A DNA stretch of 64,000 bases from Aulosira sp. ZfuVER01 (GCA_034530615.2 JAVRCV020000065.1:92412-156411), one strand, 5' to 3'. Positions 1-10,624 are shown, counted from the stretch's first letter. Notes: a model not told the origin generated them from the sequence alone. A program made the numbers and translations.

Positions 1-216
1 GGCATAAAAGAGTTGAAAACCCCGTTCCATATCTGCTAGAGCAGCCGACAATATCTTCCAATCGAGACGCTCGATGTCACTATCAGCTAGACGCACTATG
101 GTAGCAAGTGCCTGTTTGATGTATTGCTGATTTTTTAACGTCGGTAAGCGATCGATTAATTCAGCGATATCCGCTTGTAGAGACTCTAATGTATCAAACG
201 ACGCAGATGAAGTCAT
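1..216 (-). CDS. LOG-family (Rossmann-fold nucleotide-binding) protein, 5' part; runs off the window
   Basis: Not in the ORF track. Manual translation from ATG at 216 gives MTSSASFDTLESLQADIAELIDRLPTLKNQQYIKQALATIVRLADSDIERLDWKILSAALADMERGFQLFYA, open to the edge. It resembles the N-terminus of cyanobacterial LOG-family proteins. Confidence 0.6.
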   Translation of the reverse strand, partial: MTSSASFDTLESLQADIAELIDRLPTLKNQQYIKQALATIVRLADSDIERLDWKILSAALADMERGFQLFYA

Positions 217-861
217 GATAACTGCTGCCACAATGGCATTATATTTTATCTAATTTTGGGGTGCTATGTATCAACTGTTGCACCGTTAGTCAGTCGCTAA
301 CAGCTTTTCTATATTGACCGACTACGCGATCGCAATAAAAAGCACCTGTGGTTAATTATCAACCAAGGCGCTAGTACCGCTACTTACTTTAAGTAAAGAC
401 GTTTTACCTCTACGCGGAATGAGAAATTACCAAAGTTCCGACCAAAGCAAACCTCTACTCAGATTGCTCTCAAAATTCAAAATTTAAAAAGCTTTTGTAG
501 ACTTGTAGCGGTGAAACAACACTGTTTTCGTAATGTCTGTGTCTGAATAACAAGAGTTTTTGTTAGTTCGTCCGCCAGACTTCTACTCTTTTGGAAAAGC
601 CATAGGGTAGTTAGTGGTGTCGCCGCTGGTGACTGGTGTTGGTTTCTCTGCGGGCGATATTTAAAGACATTTCCCCATTCAGGTGACTGCAAACCTTTAG
701 GGGATAGCAGAACCTGTTCGTCAGTCTTCAAAGGAAAATTCGCAGAGTTCGGGTATGAGACTTTATTTTTGCCAAGCTGTGTTAGGGATGTCCCCAACAG
801 ATATAACAAAATTAATTTAGCAGCAGTAATCTAAAAAGATTTACCACTGTAAAAAGTTCTA

Positions 862-889
862 TTGAGACGCGAAATTTCGCGCCTCTCAA
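862..889. repeat. REP-like palindrome GAGACGCGAAATTTCGCGCCTCTC
   Basis: Near-perfect palindrome downstream of trxA; a related copy lies at 33177-33200. Confidence 0.65.
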
Positions 890-962
890 ACTTGTTTACA
901 AATATTGACCTAAAAACTAGAACAAATGGAAAAATCAGAAGGATCTGATTAGGGATTGAGAT

Positions 963-1286
963 TCAAAGATATTTTTCCAATGTGTTAGCTAATGTAGTTT
1001 TAGGCACGGCACCGACGACCATATCAACCTTTTGCCCACCTTTAAAAATCATTAATGTGGGAATACTGCGGATGCCGTACTGACTGGCAACATTAGGATT
1101 CTCATCAGTGTTGACTTTAACAACTTTTAGCTGACCTTCGTACTGAGAAGCAATTTCATCCACAACTGGAGCTACCATGCGGCAAGGACCACACCAAGGT
1201 GCCCAAAAGTCAACTAAAACAGGTACTTCACTGTCGAGTACTTCTTGCTTAAACGTAGAATCCGTAACTTGTGCGGCTGCTGACAT
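963..1286 (-). CDS. trxA: Thioredoxin (m-type)
   Basis: WCGPC active site, 107 aa, and the conserved guaB-Yfr1-trxA context. Confidence 0.95.
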   Translation of the reverse strand: MSAAAQVTDSTFKQEVLDSEVPVLVDFWAPWCGPCRMVAPVVDEIASQYEGQLKVVKVNTDENPNVASQYGIRSIPTLMIFKGGQKVDMVVGAVPKTTLANTLEKYL

Positions 1287-1410
1287 GCCTAAAAACCTTT
1301 GCCAATTATATTTCTGAGTTTCGTGAAAATTCTACCATAGCAAAAACAGCTGCTTAGGAGTGAAGGATGTACATTTGCAAAGAACTCTAGAATTTATTTA
1401 TATAAACATA

Positions 1411-1478
1411 AGGAACCGCCCGAACATAGTCCGGGCGGAGTGTGGTGTGAGGAGTGAACGGAAACATGCGTCTCCGCT
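1411..1478 (-). ncRNA. yfr1: Yfr1 small RNA
   Basis: The minus strand has the signature ACTCCTCACAC (1445-1455) between a 5' hairpin and a 3' hairpin CCGCCCGGACTATGTTCGGGCGG. A TACAAT -10 lies at 1485-1490. The position between guaB and trxA is the known locus. Ends approximate. Confidence 0.88.
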
Positions 1479-1589
1479 ATCTCTATTGTAGGCGACATAT
1501 GTAATTTTTCCAGTAATTGTTTAAGAGCCTGGAAAAATTTCCTGAAGGATGGAAGTTGCTATTTCCTAAGGATTAGGTATTTGCTATTT

Positions 1590-1790
1590 GGGCATAGGAC
1601 ATGGGGCAAACAAGGAGTGTGGGAGATGTGGGAGGATGGGGAAGATGAGGAGAAGCTCAGAATATATGTGGTTCGTTTCTCTCCTGTCTCCCCTGTCTCC
1701 CCACACTTCCTCATCTTCCTCTGCTTCCCCCTGCTCCCTGCTCCCCTGCGTTTTCTCCCTTGTCTTCCTTGTCTTCCTTGTCCCCCTTCC
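1590..1790. repeat. STRR-type short tandem repeats forming a purine-rich/pyrimidine-rich inverted pair
   Basis: GGGAGATG/GGAAGATG-like units are followed by CTCCCCTG/CCTTGTCTT units directly after the guaB3 stop. Confidence 0.7.
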
Positions 1791-1791
1791 T

Positions 1792-2955
1792 TTATTTACC
1801 CATGCCTAATTGTTGAGCTTTCTGGTAGACTTTGCCTTCAGTTAGTAGAGAAGGAGCAATCACAACTTCAACTTGCTGCATCTCCTTGATATTTTTGGCT
1901 CCTAAGGTGCCCATACTCGTCTTTAAGGCTCCTAAAAGATTATGGGTGCCATCATCTAGTCCTGCTGGGCCAATGAGTATTTGCTCTAGGCTCCCAGTGG
2001 TGGCAACGCGAATGCGGGTGCCACGAGGTAATACAGGGCTAGGAGTTGCCATGCCCCAATGATAACCACGTCCGGGAGCTTCAGCGGCTCTGGCAAAAGG
2101 AGAACCAATCATCACACCATCAGCACCGCAAGCAATGCACTTACAAATGTCACCACCAGTGATTAAACCACCATCAGCAATCACAGGAATGTAGTTACCA
2201 GTTTCTCGATAGTAATCATCCCGTGCGGCGGCGCAATCTGCGATCGCAGTTGCTTGGGGTACGCCTACGCCCAACACACCACGGGAGGTACAAGCAGCAC
2301 CAGGGCCAATTCCTACCAATACCCCAGCAGCCCCAGCTTTTAACAGATTCAAAGTTACTTCGTAGGTTACGCAATTCCCCAAGATTACGGGAATCGGCAT
2401 AGAACGGCAGAATTCTGCCAAATCTAATGGCACAACAGATTCAGGTGAGAGATGTGCAGTAGACACTACCGTAGCTTGTACAAAAAATAAATCCGCCCCA
2501 GCCTTAGCTACTACTTCGCCATATTTACTTGCGCCGGCTGGCGTAGCACTTACTGCTGCTATCCCACCTTGTTGCTTAATTTCCTGAATACGTTTTTCAA
2601 TTAATTCTGGCTTTATTGGTTCGGCATAGAGTTCTTGCATCAGGGACACAAATTCATCTTTGCCTACAGCGGCGATCCGATCTAAAATCGGTTCTGGGTC
2701 GGCATAGCGAGTTTGGATTCCTTCTAAATTGAGGACTCCTAAGGCTCCTAACTGTGATAAACGTACAGCCATACGCACATCTACTACGCCATCCATCGCA
2801 CTGGCAATGATTGGGATTTCTCGCTCAATATTGCCAATCCGCCACCTGGTATCTGCCAAACTCGGATCGAGTGTTCTGTTACCAGGTACTAAAGCAATCT
2901 CATCAATTCCGTAAGCTCTCCGAGCCGTTTTTCCCCGCCCAAGTTGAATATCCAC
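1792..2955 (-). CDS. guaB: GuaB3-family IMP dehydrogenase-related protein
   Basis: [12 protein letters not shown] catalytic loop and IADGG motif; no CBS domains. Confidence 0.9.
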   Translation of the reverse strand: MDIQLGRGKTARRAYGIDEIALVPGNRTLDPSLADTRWRIGNIEREIPIIASAMDGVVDVRMAVRLSQLGALGVLNLEGIQTRYADPEPILDRIAAVGKDEFVSLMQELYAEPIKPELIEKRIQEIKQQGGIAAVSATPAGASKYGEVVAKAGADLFFVQATVVSTAHLSPESVVPLDLAEFCRSMPIPVILGNCVTYEVTLNLLKAGAAGVLVGIGPGAACTSRGVLGVGVPQATAIADCAAARDDYYRETGNYIPVIADGGLITGGDICKCIACGADGVMIGSPFARAAEAPGRGYHWGMATPSPVLPRGTRIRVATTGSLEQILIGPAGLDDGTHNLLGALKTSMGTLGAKNIKEMQQVEVVIAPSLLTEGKVYQKAQQLGMGK

Positions 2956-3160
2956 GCTTAAACTTTTCTCAATTCTGTTTAAGCTAGGGTATCAAATTGT
3001 GGGTGAACTTGGTGCAATTTTTTCACAAGTAACTGTCAGAAAGTAGCTCTTAAGAGAGCCAAAAAAATTGCTACAGCAGTTACCATGTTGAAACTGACTG
3101 TTGTAAGTAACCATGCAAAATTAATTACAGTCATTTCGAGCGTTAGCTGAAAGCGTTCCC

Positions 3161-3188
3161 GTTCGGCGAAGCCGTTCTCGAAGAGTAG
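3161..3188 (+). repeat. 28-bp double-hairpin small dispersed repeat, copy 1
   Basis: GTTCG-GCGAAGC-CGTT-CTCGAAGAG-TAG; structurally matching copies at 25666 and 41062. Confidence 0.7.
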
Positions 3189-3208
3189 GGTAGCGAAGCA
3201 ATTCCAGG

Positions 3209-3355
3209 TGTCATTTAATGTGGGGAGACTTAAGCGGTTATGTCTGGGGAAAAACTCACCAGGAAATCACAGATCCAGTCGTAAATGAGCGAGAAAAACA
3301 GACATATTACGGTGCTGTTGACTATCTAAAACGACAATTACTGCGGAAACCTTAG
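3209..3355 (+). pseudogene. IS630-family transposase remnant
   Basis: Manual translation CHLMWGDLSGYVWGKTHQEITDPVVNEREKQTYYGAVDYLKRQLLRKP* resembles the start of the DDE domain of cyanobacterial IS630 transposases. It has no start codon and ends in a premature stop. Confidence 0.7.
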
Positions 3356-3421
3356 GTATAACTACAAGCTTTTCAGTATCTTCTTTGCTGATATCCAGAA
3401 TTTTTCAACATAAAATCTAAA

Positions 3422-4477
3422 TTACTGTTGAGTTGCCAAATTCTCCTCATTCTCTAACAAATTATTAGTAGTATTCAGCACAATTTGGGCTGAACCTATG
3501 AAAAAATCGCGGTCAATTGTAGTTGGGATATCGCTAGGTTGGTGGTAGTGAGGAGTCCGCAGATTAGCAGTATCAGTTACTAAGACAGCACCCACTCCTT
3601 GATACCAAAATGGTGCATGATCGCTACGTAAGGTATCTGGTGTCAATAAGCCTTTGAGAGGAATTGGCAGTGTAAGGACTGATGGTAAATTTGAATCCTC
3701 TTTATTCCGGGCTGTTGGCGGCATTGTCTGGGAGTTTTGAAAGGCATTCAGCAAAGGTAAATGTTCCGTATCGCCAATTGCTACTAAGAAGTCACCCTGA
3801 TCGCTGGGTGGGGTAACAGGTAAACCTGCTGGATACTCCTGACAGCCGGAAGTGTAGCAAGCATAACCTACCATATCCATAACGATCGCACCACGCAAGT
3901 TTTTTAACCTTTCTGGTTTATTGACAAAAGCTTTACTACCTAAAAGTCCGGCTTCTTCTTGGTCAAAAAAAGCTAGCTGCAATGTGCGTGCTGTGGGACG
4001 CGAACCCAGAATTCTCGCAACTTCTAACATCACAGCTACACCACTGGCGTTATCATCGGCACCTGGAGAGTCAGCAACGGTGTCATAATGGGCTGCAACT
4101 AGAATTGCGCCAGCTTTTTTGTGAGTTCCCTGGCGTTCGGCAAAGATGTTGACACCCTTAGAGAACTTTTCTAACTTAGGTGTCCAGCCTAATTTTCGCA
4201 GTTCAGTTGTAATATAAGTGCGAGTACGCGATCGCTCGGCGTTGGTATAACGCTGAAAATTCAACTTTTGAATATGGCTAAATAGCTTGTCAGCCGACAC
4301 CTGCAAATCCCTAGATACTCGCATAGATTCCTGTGATGGAGTATCTTCATGGGGAAGGCTTTCAACAATTACTGGCGCAGGATGCTGCTCAAATAACCTA
4401 TTGTTGGCAGTACCTCTACTACCCACAATTACAACCACTACTAGGAACAACAGCGCCAGCCAAATCCATTTTTTCAT
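3422..4477 (-). CDS. M28-family metallopeptidase, N-terminally anchored or secreted
   Basis: AHYDT, GADDNASG, EEAG, SDH and YH zinc-ligand motifs; hydrophobic N-terminus. Confidence 0.88.
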   Translation of the reverse strand: MKKWIWLALLFLVVVVIVGSRGTANNRLFEQHPAPVIVESLPHEDTPSQESMRVSRDLQVSADKLFSHIQKLNFQRYTNAERSRTRTYITTELRKLGWTPKLEKFSKGVNIFAERQGTHKKAGAILVAAHYDTVADSPGADDNASGVAVMLEVARILGSRPTARTLQLAFFDQEEAGLLGSKAFVNKPERLKNLRGAIVMDMVGYACYTSGCQEYPAGLPVTPPSDQGDFLVAIGDTEHLPLLNAFQNSQTMPPTARNKEDSNLPSVLTLPIPLKGLLTPDTLRSDHAPFWYQGVGAVLVTDTANLRTPHYHQPSDIPTTIDRDFFIGSAQIVLNTTNNLLENEENLATQQ

Positions 4478-4676
4478 GCGATCGATCCCTGCTTCTCAGA
4501 CTTAAGGTAGCGCAAACAGCAAGTTTGACAGCTCGTCTTTTGACAGAGTAAACAATTTCACCTAAAGTTCCCCAGTATAACAGTGCTGAGTACCGAGTGC
4601 TGAGAAAGCAGAGAAAATAATTTCTTCATCCTTCCACCCAAAACTCAGAACCGAAGACTCAGGAATTTATGGATTT

Positions 4677-5903
4677 ATGCTAGATTTATCACTCATCACA
4701 ATCCTGGGTTTTTTGGGGAGTTTTGGACATTGTTTTGGGATGTGTGGCCCTTTAACAATGGCATTTTCCTTATCGCATCAGCAGGAAACTCCTGATTGGC
4801 GACAGCAATTGAAATTTCACATCTTGCTGAATCTAGGACGGATGTTGAGTTATACCCTAGTCGGTGCGGGGATTGGCGCGCTGGGTTCAGTATTAATAGA
4901 AGGTGGACAACTAGCAGGTATTGGCAGTGAATTACGTCGCTGGATTGCAATTATTACTGGCTTGATGCTGATCTGGTTTGGGTTGGGACAACTTAAACCC
5001 GATCTGCTACCTCAGATTCCAGTTTTACACCCGCTATTACAAGGAAAATTACATAATCGTCTGAGTGCGGGAATGGTCAACCTTTCTTTGCAAACTAGAT
5101 GGTGGACGCCAGCACTTTTGGGGATGACTTGGGGATTAATGCCTTGTGGCTTTTTGTATGCTGCCCAAATTAAAGCTGCTGAAACTGGTAATTTATGGAT
5201 GGGTGCGGCAACTATGCTGGCTTTTAGCTTGGGAACCCTGCCGATGATGTTAGGTGCAGGCATTTCTGCTTCGTTGGTAAGTCAAGATAAGCGCAGTCAG
5301 TTGTTTCGTTTAGGCGGTTGGGTAACTCTTACCATTGGCACAATTACTTTGCTGCGAACTGGCGACACAATGGTCGATTACACCGGACACGCCGCCTTAA
5401 TTTGCTTGATTTTAGCGCTGATAGCTCGTCCGATTAGTGGCATCTGGGCTTCACCTTTGCGTTACCGCCGTGCTTTGGGAGTGGGAGCTTTTGTACTTTC
5501 TGTAGCTCACACTGTCCACATGATAGAACATTCACTGCAATGGAATTTTGTTGCCTTCTGGTTTTTACCACCAGACTTCCAGTGGGGCATGGCTGCGGGT
5601 GTTGTAGCATTGGTATTAATGACTCCCGCTGCGTCCACAAGTTTTGACTTTTGGCAAAAATATTTAGGTAAGCGTTGGCGACAGATTCATCTATTGAGTG
5701 TGCCAGCTTTACTGTTGAGTGTGATTCATGCGGTTTTGATTGGTTCCCATTACCTGGGTTCTTTACAATCAAATGGGGGGAATAAATTAGCAGCAGCGCT
5801 ACTGGGTTTTTTTACCCTCTGTGTGTTGCTGGTGCGTTCGCGGTGTTTTTGGACAAGGTTATCGATAGCAAAATTTTATGTTCCCCCAAGTAAGTCACGC
5901 TAA
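4677..5903 (+). CDS. DsbD_2/TauE-like membrane protein fused to a ferric-reductase-like transmembrane domain
   Basis: HCFGMCGP and PCG motifs in the N-terminal half; RRALG, W..IH and His-bearing TM helices in the C-terminal half. Confidence 0.75.
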   Translation: MLDLSLITILGFLGSFGHCFGMCGPLTMAFSLSHQQETPDWRQQLKFHILLNLGRMLSYTLVGAGIGALGSVLIEGGQLAGIGSELRRWIAIITGLMLIWFGLGQLKPDLLPQIPVLHPLLQGKLHNRLSAGMVNLSLQTRWWTPALLGMTWGLMPCGFLYAAQIKAAETGNLWMGAATMLAFSLGTLPMMLGAGISASLVSQDKRSQLFRLGGWVTLTIGTITLLRTGDTMVDYTGHAALICLILALIARPISGIWASPLRYRRALGVGAFVLSVAHTVHMIEHSLQWNFVAFWFLPPDFQWGMAAGVVALVLMTPAASTSFDFWQKYLGKRWRQIHLLSVPALLLSVIHAVLIGSHYLGSLQSNGGNKLAAALLGFFTLCVLLVRSRCFWTRLSIAKFYVPPSKSR

Positions 5904-6486
5904 ATTTTCTCTTCCTTTAGTTTTTTTATTATTCATCTCGGTCAATGAGCTTCATGCCGCCTCTGCCCATACAGTGAAAGTATCCGCAGATGTTGGTGGT
6001 ACTCTCCATATTGAACCGAATGATAATCCCCAAGCTGGGAACCCTACACAAGCTTGGTTTGCTCTAACCCGTAAAGGTGGAAAAGCGATCGCCCTTAAAG
6101 AGTGTAATTGCCAGTTAGCTGTTTATGCCGAACCCCATACAGCAAAAGAACCGCCACTGTTAGAACCTCCTTTAAAACCTGTGTCAACTGAACGCTATCA
6201 AGCTACACCAGGTGCAGAAATCACATTTCCCAAATCAGGGAATTATTTACTAGCACTAAGTGGTAAACCAACGGCAGGGGCAAGTTTTAAACCTTTTGAG
6301 TTAAAGTTTGACGTGACTGTAGCATCAAGTTCGGCAAGCTTATCACAAGAATCGCAGAATGTCAATGTGAATACTGATGTAGTAGAGACTCAATCTCAAT
6401 CATTCTCATTGTGGGCGATCGCCGCCGTCGTATTTGCAACCGCAGGTGTTGTGTTAGCTGTTGTGCAGAAGCGGCGGAGATCTTGA
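5878..6486 (+). CDS. Hypothetical exported protein with C-terminal membrane anchor
   Basis: Signal peptide-like N-terminus ending ASA-H, HIEPND motif, C-terminal TM plus basic tail; overlaps the upstream gene. Confidence 0.7.
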   Translation: MFPQVSHAKFSLPLVFLLFISVNELHAASAHTVKVSADVGGTLHIEPNDNPQAGNPTQAWFALTRKGGKAIALKECNCQLAVYAEPHTAKEPPLLEPPLKPVSTERYQATPGAEITFPKSGNYLLALSGKPTAGASFKPFELKFDVTVASSSASLSQESQNVNVNTDVVETQSQSFSLWAIAAVVFATAGVVLAVVQKRRRS

Positions 6487-6577
6487 GCAGAGGAAGCAGG
6501 GGAGCAGAGGAGCAGAGGAGAAATAATTAATGACTATTGCTTTCTTGCCCAATGCTCAATGCCCCATGCTCAATTAA

Positions 6578-7576
6578 TTACTTATGCCGCTGTTGATGCC
6601 ACTGCCATGCGTGTAGAACGATATCTTTGATGGCTGGGTATTGGGGTTGCCAGCCTAAGATTTTTCTGGCTTTATCGCTACTGCCGATTAAAGATGGGGG
6701 ATCTCCGGGACGGCGATCGCATTCTTGCACGGGGATCGTTAATCCTGTCACCTCCTCCGACGCTGCAATTACTTCTTTAACAGAGAAACCTAGACCATTG
6801 CCTAAATTGAAAACTTCGCTGTCGCCACCTTGCAATAAATATTCCAATCCTAAAATATGGGCGTCTGCTAAGTCGCTAACGTGAATGTAATCTCTAATGC
6901 AGGTGCCATCGGGCGTAGGATAATCAGTACCAAAAATTGAAATAGATTCGCGTTTGCCTAAAGCTGTTAGTAGTATCAAGGGAATCAAATGGGTTTCTGG
7001 GTTATGATCCTCACCTAGCAGTCCGTTGGGATCTGCACCTGCCGCATTGAAGTAGCGAAAACGTACTGATTTTAAACCATAGGCAACGTCAAAATCAGAG
7101 AGAATGCGCTCGACCATTAATTTAGTAGCGCCATAGGGATTAATCGGATTTTGAGGATGATTTTCGGGAATCGGGACAACTTCCGGCACTCCATAAGTTG
7201 CACAAGTAGAAGAAAAGACAAATTTCTTAATAGATGCTGCCAACATTGCTTCCAACAGCACCAGAGTACCCAGAACGTTGTTGCGGTAGTACTTGGCAGG
7301 GTCTGTAACTGATTCTCCTACGTAGGCGTAGGCAGAAAAGTGCATGACCGCTTCAATATTGCGAGTTTGAAATAGTTGATCTAATAGAGCGCGATCGGAT
7401 GTGTCACCCGCTACAAGCTCTACTTGCAGAACTTTCTCTACTAAGTCGCGATGCCCATACACCAGGTTATCAAGTATGACTACTTCATAGCCTGCTCGCT
7501 TAAGGGCAAGCACCGTATGGGAACCAATATATCCTGCTCCCCCCGTCACCAAAATTGTGGGCTTTCTAGGCGACAT
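6578..7576 (-). CDS. galE: UDP-glucose 4-epimerase
   Basis: TGGAGYIGSH, YGATK, RYFNAAGA and RDYIHV motifs. Confidence 0.95.
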   Translation of the reverse strand: MSPRKPTILVTGGAGYIGSHTVLALKRAGYEVVILDNLVYGHRDLVEKVLQVELVAGDTSDRALLDQLFQTRNIEAVMHFSAYAYVGESVTDPAKYYRNNVLGTLVLLEAMLAASIKKFVFSSTCATYGVPEVVPIPENHPQNPINPYGATKLMVERILSDFDVAYGLKSVRFRYFNAAGADPNGLLGEDHNPETHLIPLILLTALGKRESISIFGTDYPTPDGTCIRDYIHVSDLADAHILGLEYLLQGGDSEVFNLGNGLGFSVKEVIAASEEVTGLTIPVQECDRRPGDPPSLIGSSDKARKILGWQPQYPAIKDIVLHAWQWHQQRHK

Positions 7577-7817
7577 AGTTTTTCCTTTTGAGTTATAACT
7601 ACTTAACTAATTTAAATTACTGGTGTCTCATTACTCATTTGCAAAATTCTAAATAATACACCCAGTGTCAAAAAATTGCACTAAAATCACTACGACGGTA
7701 GTCTTTGGTTGTGAGGTTTGAGGTATTTTAAGTCAGGTAACAGTGCGATTACAATTTGACGAGAAAATAAATCCGCTGCCGGAAACCTTGAGGCTGACCC
7801 TTAAGGGTACGCCATTT

Positions 7818-7954
7818 GACGGCAGTTGCAACAATGGGAACTGCTCGCGGCAATGTGTTGGCTGGGAAAACCCGACAGACATTCGCTACCTTGCGGGTAC
7901 TTCTGCAAAGAACTCGTTCGGTACAGTAGTTCTACCCTCCGCAACAGACTGCCT
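7818..7954 (+). repeat. Small dispersed repeat with internal insertions
   Basis: Ends GACGGCAGTTGCAACAA...CGCAACAGACTGCCT match the element family at 25624, 40993 and 59450, but the interior is about 90 nt longer. Confidence 0.6.
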
Positions 7955-8003
7955 TAGCAAGGCAATGGTTCACCGCATCGGAAAATTTGAGAGTTAATTT
8001 ATT

Positions 8004-8681
8004 ATGTTTCTACTTTTAAGCAGGGTACTCCTGTGGCTATTAATTGGCACTGTTGTATATTCTTTGTTCCAAAGATTCTATCCAACAGGTAATTTTGTCG
8101 GGCGATTAGTCATAGTTATTATGTTGATCGTCATAGCGCTGGCGTTCATTAACCCCAACGAACCAGCGGTGGCTTCTTTGTGGAGATTGATATCATTCCC
8201 GCTTAAACCTTTGGGAGCATCGGTTTTGATGTTAATTTTTGCTTCCCAGAGAATCAAGGGAGGTGGAATAGATAAACCAGGAGGATACTTACTAGGTTGG
8301 GCGCTGACAATTTTACTGTTAGCAAGTACACCAGCTATTGCCTACTTTCTAGTTAGGGCACCAATAGCAACTGTAGGTAATCCTCAGTTGGCTACTGTGA
8401 GGCAAACTTTAGTGGCTTCGGTTCCAGATACAACAGCAAATATCTCTGATGTCATGGGGAATGGCATCTTACCTCAAAGTGAGATGGTGCAGTCAACCAT
8501 CGCTTTGAATCCATTAGATATTAAAGTTCCACCTTACCTATTGCAGAATCCTCAGGACATCAGAACACGCGGGTTACGAATTGAAGATTTTGTACCTAGT
8601 GCAGAAACCCTGCAAGTAACAACCCAAGCCTGGGAAAGTTATCTTAACCAAATTTACTTTTTCTTGCGTGGTCGCAGATAA
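8004..8681 (+). CDS. Hypothetical membrane protein
   Basis: 225-aa ORF with about 4 N-terminal hydrophobic segments. Confidence 0.7.
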   Translation: MFLLLSRVLLWLLIGTVVYSLFQRFYPTGNFVGRLVIVIMLIVIALAFINPNEPAVASLWRLISFPLKPLGASVLMLIFASQRIKGGGIDKPGGYLLGWALTILLLASTPAIAYFLVRAPIATVGNPQLATVRQTLVASVPDTTANISDVMGNGILPQSEMVQSTIALNPLDIKVPPYLLQNPQDIRTRGLRIEDFVPSAETLQVTTQAWESYLNQIYFFLRGRR

Positions 8682-8872
8682 AGCTCGAACCCTAGTAATA
8701 ACAAGGCCAAAGCACTATGTCCTGGTGGCTGGCCTTTTTAATACTCTTATTTCTGCCAGAATAAAAGGATGTTCAGTAGATTTGCTGGCAAGAGTCATTG
8801 GTTATTTCTCCCTTGTCTCCTTTGTCTTCCTTGTCCCCTATCCTTTTCTCCTGCTCTCTGACTTTTTTCTGA

Positions 8873-10624
8873 ATGGAACAATCTCGAAGACTGGCTAAAC
8901 TTGGTGCTTACCTGCGTCCCCATTGGCGGGAGGCACTGTTGGGTATTTTGGCTTTGTTCACTGTCAATGGATTAGGCGTTTATATTCCTTGGTTAATCCG
9001 CGCTTGTGTTGACAGACTCTCAACAACTTTTAGCTGGTATGAAGTTTTAAATTATGTAGTCGTCATCGTCTTACTCAGTTCCGCAATGTTGTTAATCCGC
9101 ATGGCTTCACGCATCTGGCTGTTTGGCGTGGGACGTGAGGTGGAATTTGACTTAAAACAGCGGATTTTTGAACACCTACTCAAGCTAGAGCCTTCTTACT
9201 TTGCCACTAATACTATTGGCGATTTAATTAGTAGGGCTACTAGTGATGTAGAGAATATTAAGCGCTTGTTGGGTTTTGCAGTCCTGAGTTTAGCAAATAC
9301 AGTGTTTGCCTATGCTCTGACACTGCCAGTGATGTTGACAATTAGTGTCGATCTGACATTAGCTTCCCTGGCAGTATATCCCTTGATGTTCTTTTTGGTA
9401 CATCTTTTTAGCGATCGCCTCCGCAAACAACAAACGGTTGTACAAGAACAACTCTCTGACATTAGCGAACTCATCCAAGAAGATATTAGTGGCATGGCCC
9501 TAATTAAAATCTACGCCCAAGAAGAAAATGAGCGTAGAGCTTTTGCCCAGAAAAATCAAGAGCTATTGACTGCTAATTTAGAACTAGCGAAAAGCCGCAA
9601 TACACTGTTTCCGCTGATTGGTGGTTTAGCTAATATCAGTTCGCTAGTAATTATCTGGCTCGGTGCAACCCGGATCTCGGCTGGGACTCTTGCTGTTGGA
9701 GATTTCCTAGCACTACTAATTTATGTAGAACGTCTAGTATTTCCCACTGCTTTGTTAGGATTTACCATCACCGCCTACCAAAGAGGTGAGGTAAGTATCG
9801 ATCGCTTAGAGTCGATTCTCTCAGTGACACCGAAGATTCAGGACACAACCGATGTCATCCATTTACCCAAAAGTGAAGTTCGAGGAAAACTGACAGCTAA
9901 AAATTTCAGTTACACCTACCCAAGCGCTACTACTCCAGCTTTAGATAATGTCAACTTTACGATTAATCCTGGGGAAACGGTGGCAATTGTTGGGGCTATC
10001 GGTTCTGGGAAATCTACTTTAGCCAATGCTTTACCACGCTTATTGGAGATTGAATCAGGGCAGTTATTTTTGGATGGATTGGACATTACAAAGATTGCAT
10101 TAGCCGATTTACGAGGTGCGATCGCCTATGTTCCCCAAGATAGCTTTCTGTTCAGCACCACCATCAAAAATAATATCCGCTACGGCGACCCAGTTAGGGA
10201 ACAGCAAAATATAGAGATGGTAGCCCAACAGGCGCAAATTCACTCAGAAATTAGCAATTTTTCGCAGCAGTACGAAACTATAGTTGGTGAACGCGGAATT
10301 ACGCTTTCTGGTGGACAGCGACAACGTACTGCTTTGGCTAGGGCAATGCTAGTTGATGCTCCAGTTTTAATATTGGATGATGCCCTTTCCAGCGTGGATA
10401 ATCAAACAGCTACACAAATCCTGAACAACCTTTCTAGTGGTACTGATAGAAAAACAGTTGTTTTTATTACTCATCAACTGTCTGCTGCTGCCGCTGCCGA
10501 TCGCATTTTTGTCATGGAGCAAGGCAAAATTGTCCAGATGGGTAAGCATTTAGAACTTGTCCAGCAACCAGGTTTGTACAGAAAGTTGTGGAGTCAGCAT
10601 CAGATAGAAGAATTATTGCATTAG
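8873..10624 (+). CDS. ABC exporter, fused permease and ATPase
   Basis: TM domain, Walker A GAIGSGKST, LSGGQRQR signature and LILDD Walker B. Confidence 0.93.
   Translation: MEQSRRLAKLGAYLRPHWREALLGILALFTVNGLGVYIPWLIRACVDRLSTTFSWYEVLNYVVVIVLLSSAMLLIRMASRIWLFGVGREVEFDLKQRIFEHLLKLEPSYFATNTIGDLISRATSDVENIKRLLGFAVLSLANTVFAYALTLPVMLTISVDLTLASLAVYPLMFFLVHLFSDRLRKQQTVVQEQLSDISELIQEDISGMALIKIYAQEENERRAFAQKNQELLTANLELAKSRNTLFPLIGGLANISSLVIIWLGATRISAGTLAVGDFLALLIYVERLVFPTALLGFTITAYQRGEVSIDRLESILSVTPKIQDTTDVIHLPKSEVRGKLTAKNFSYTYPSATTPALDNVNFTINPGETVAIVGAIGSGKSTLANALPRLLEIESGQLFLDGLDITKIALADLRGAIAYVPQDSFLFSTTIKNNIRYGDPVREQQNIEMVAQQAQIHSEISNFSQQYETIVGERGITLSGGQRQRTALARAMLVDAPVLILDDALSSVDNQTATQILNNLSSGTDRKTVVFITHQLSAAAAADRIFVMEQGKIVQMGKHLELVQQPGLYRKLWSQHQIEELLH

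Noticed and set aside
477..809. 110-aa ORF
   Set aside because: TTG start, no recognisable motif, and it lies in the upstream region of the LOG-like gene; it cannot be supported.
1581..1889. Two Pro/Ser/Cys-rich ORFs
   Set aside because: These are translations of STRR repeats overlapping the end of guaB3.
7743..7997. 84-aa ORF
   Set aside because: It is mostly composed of a nested repeat element.
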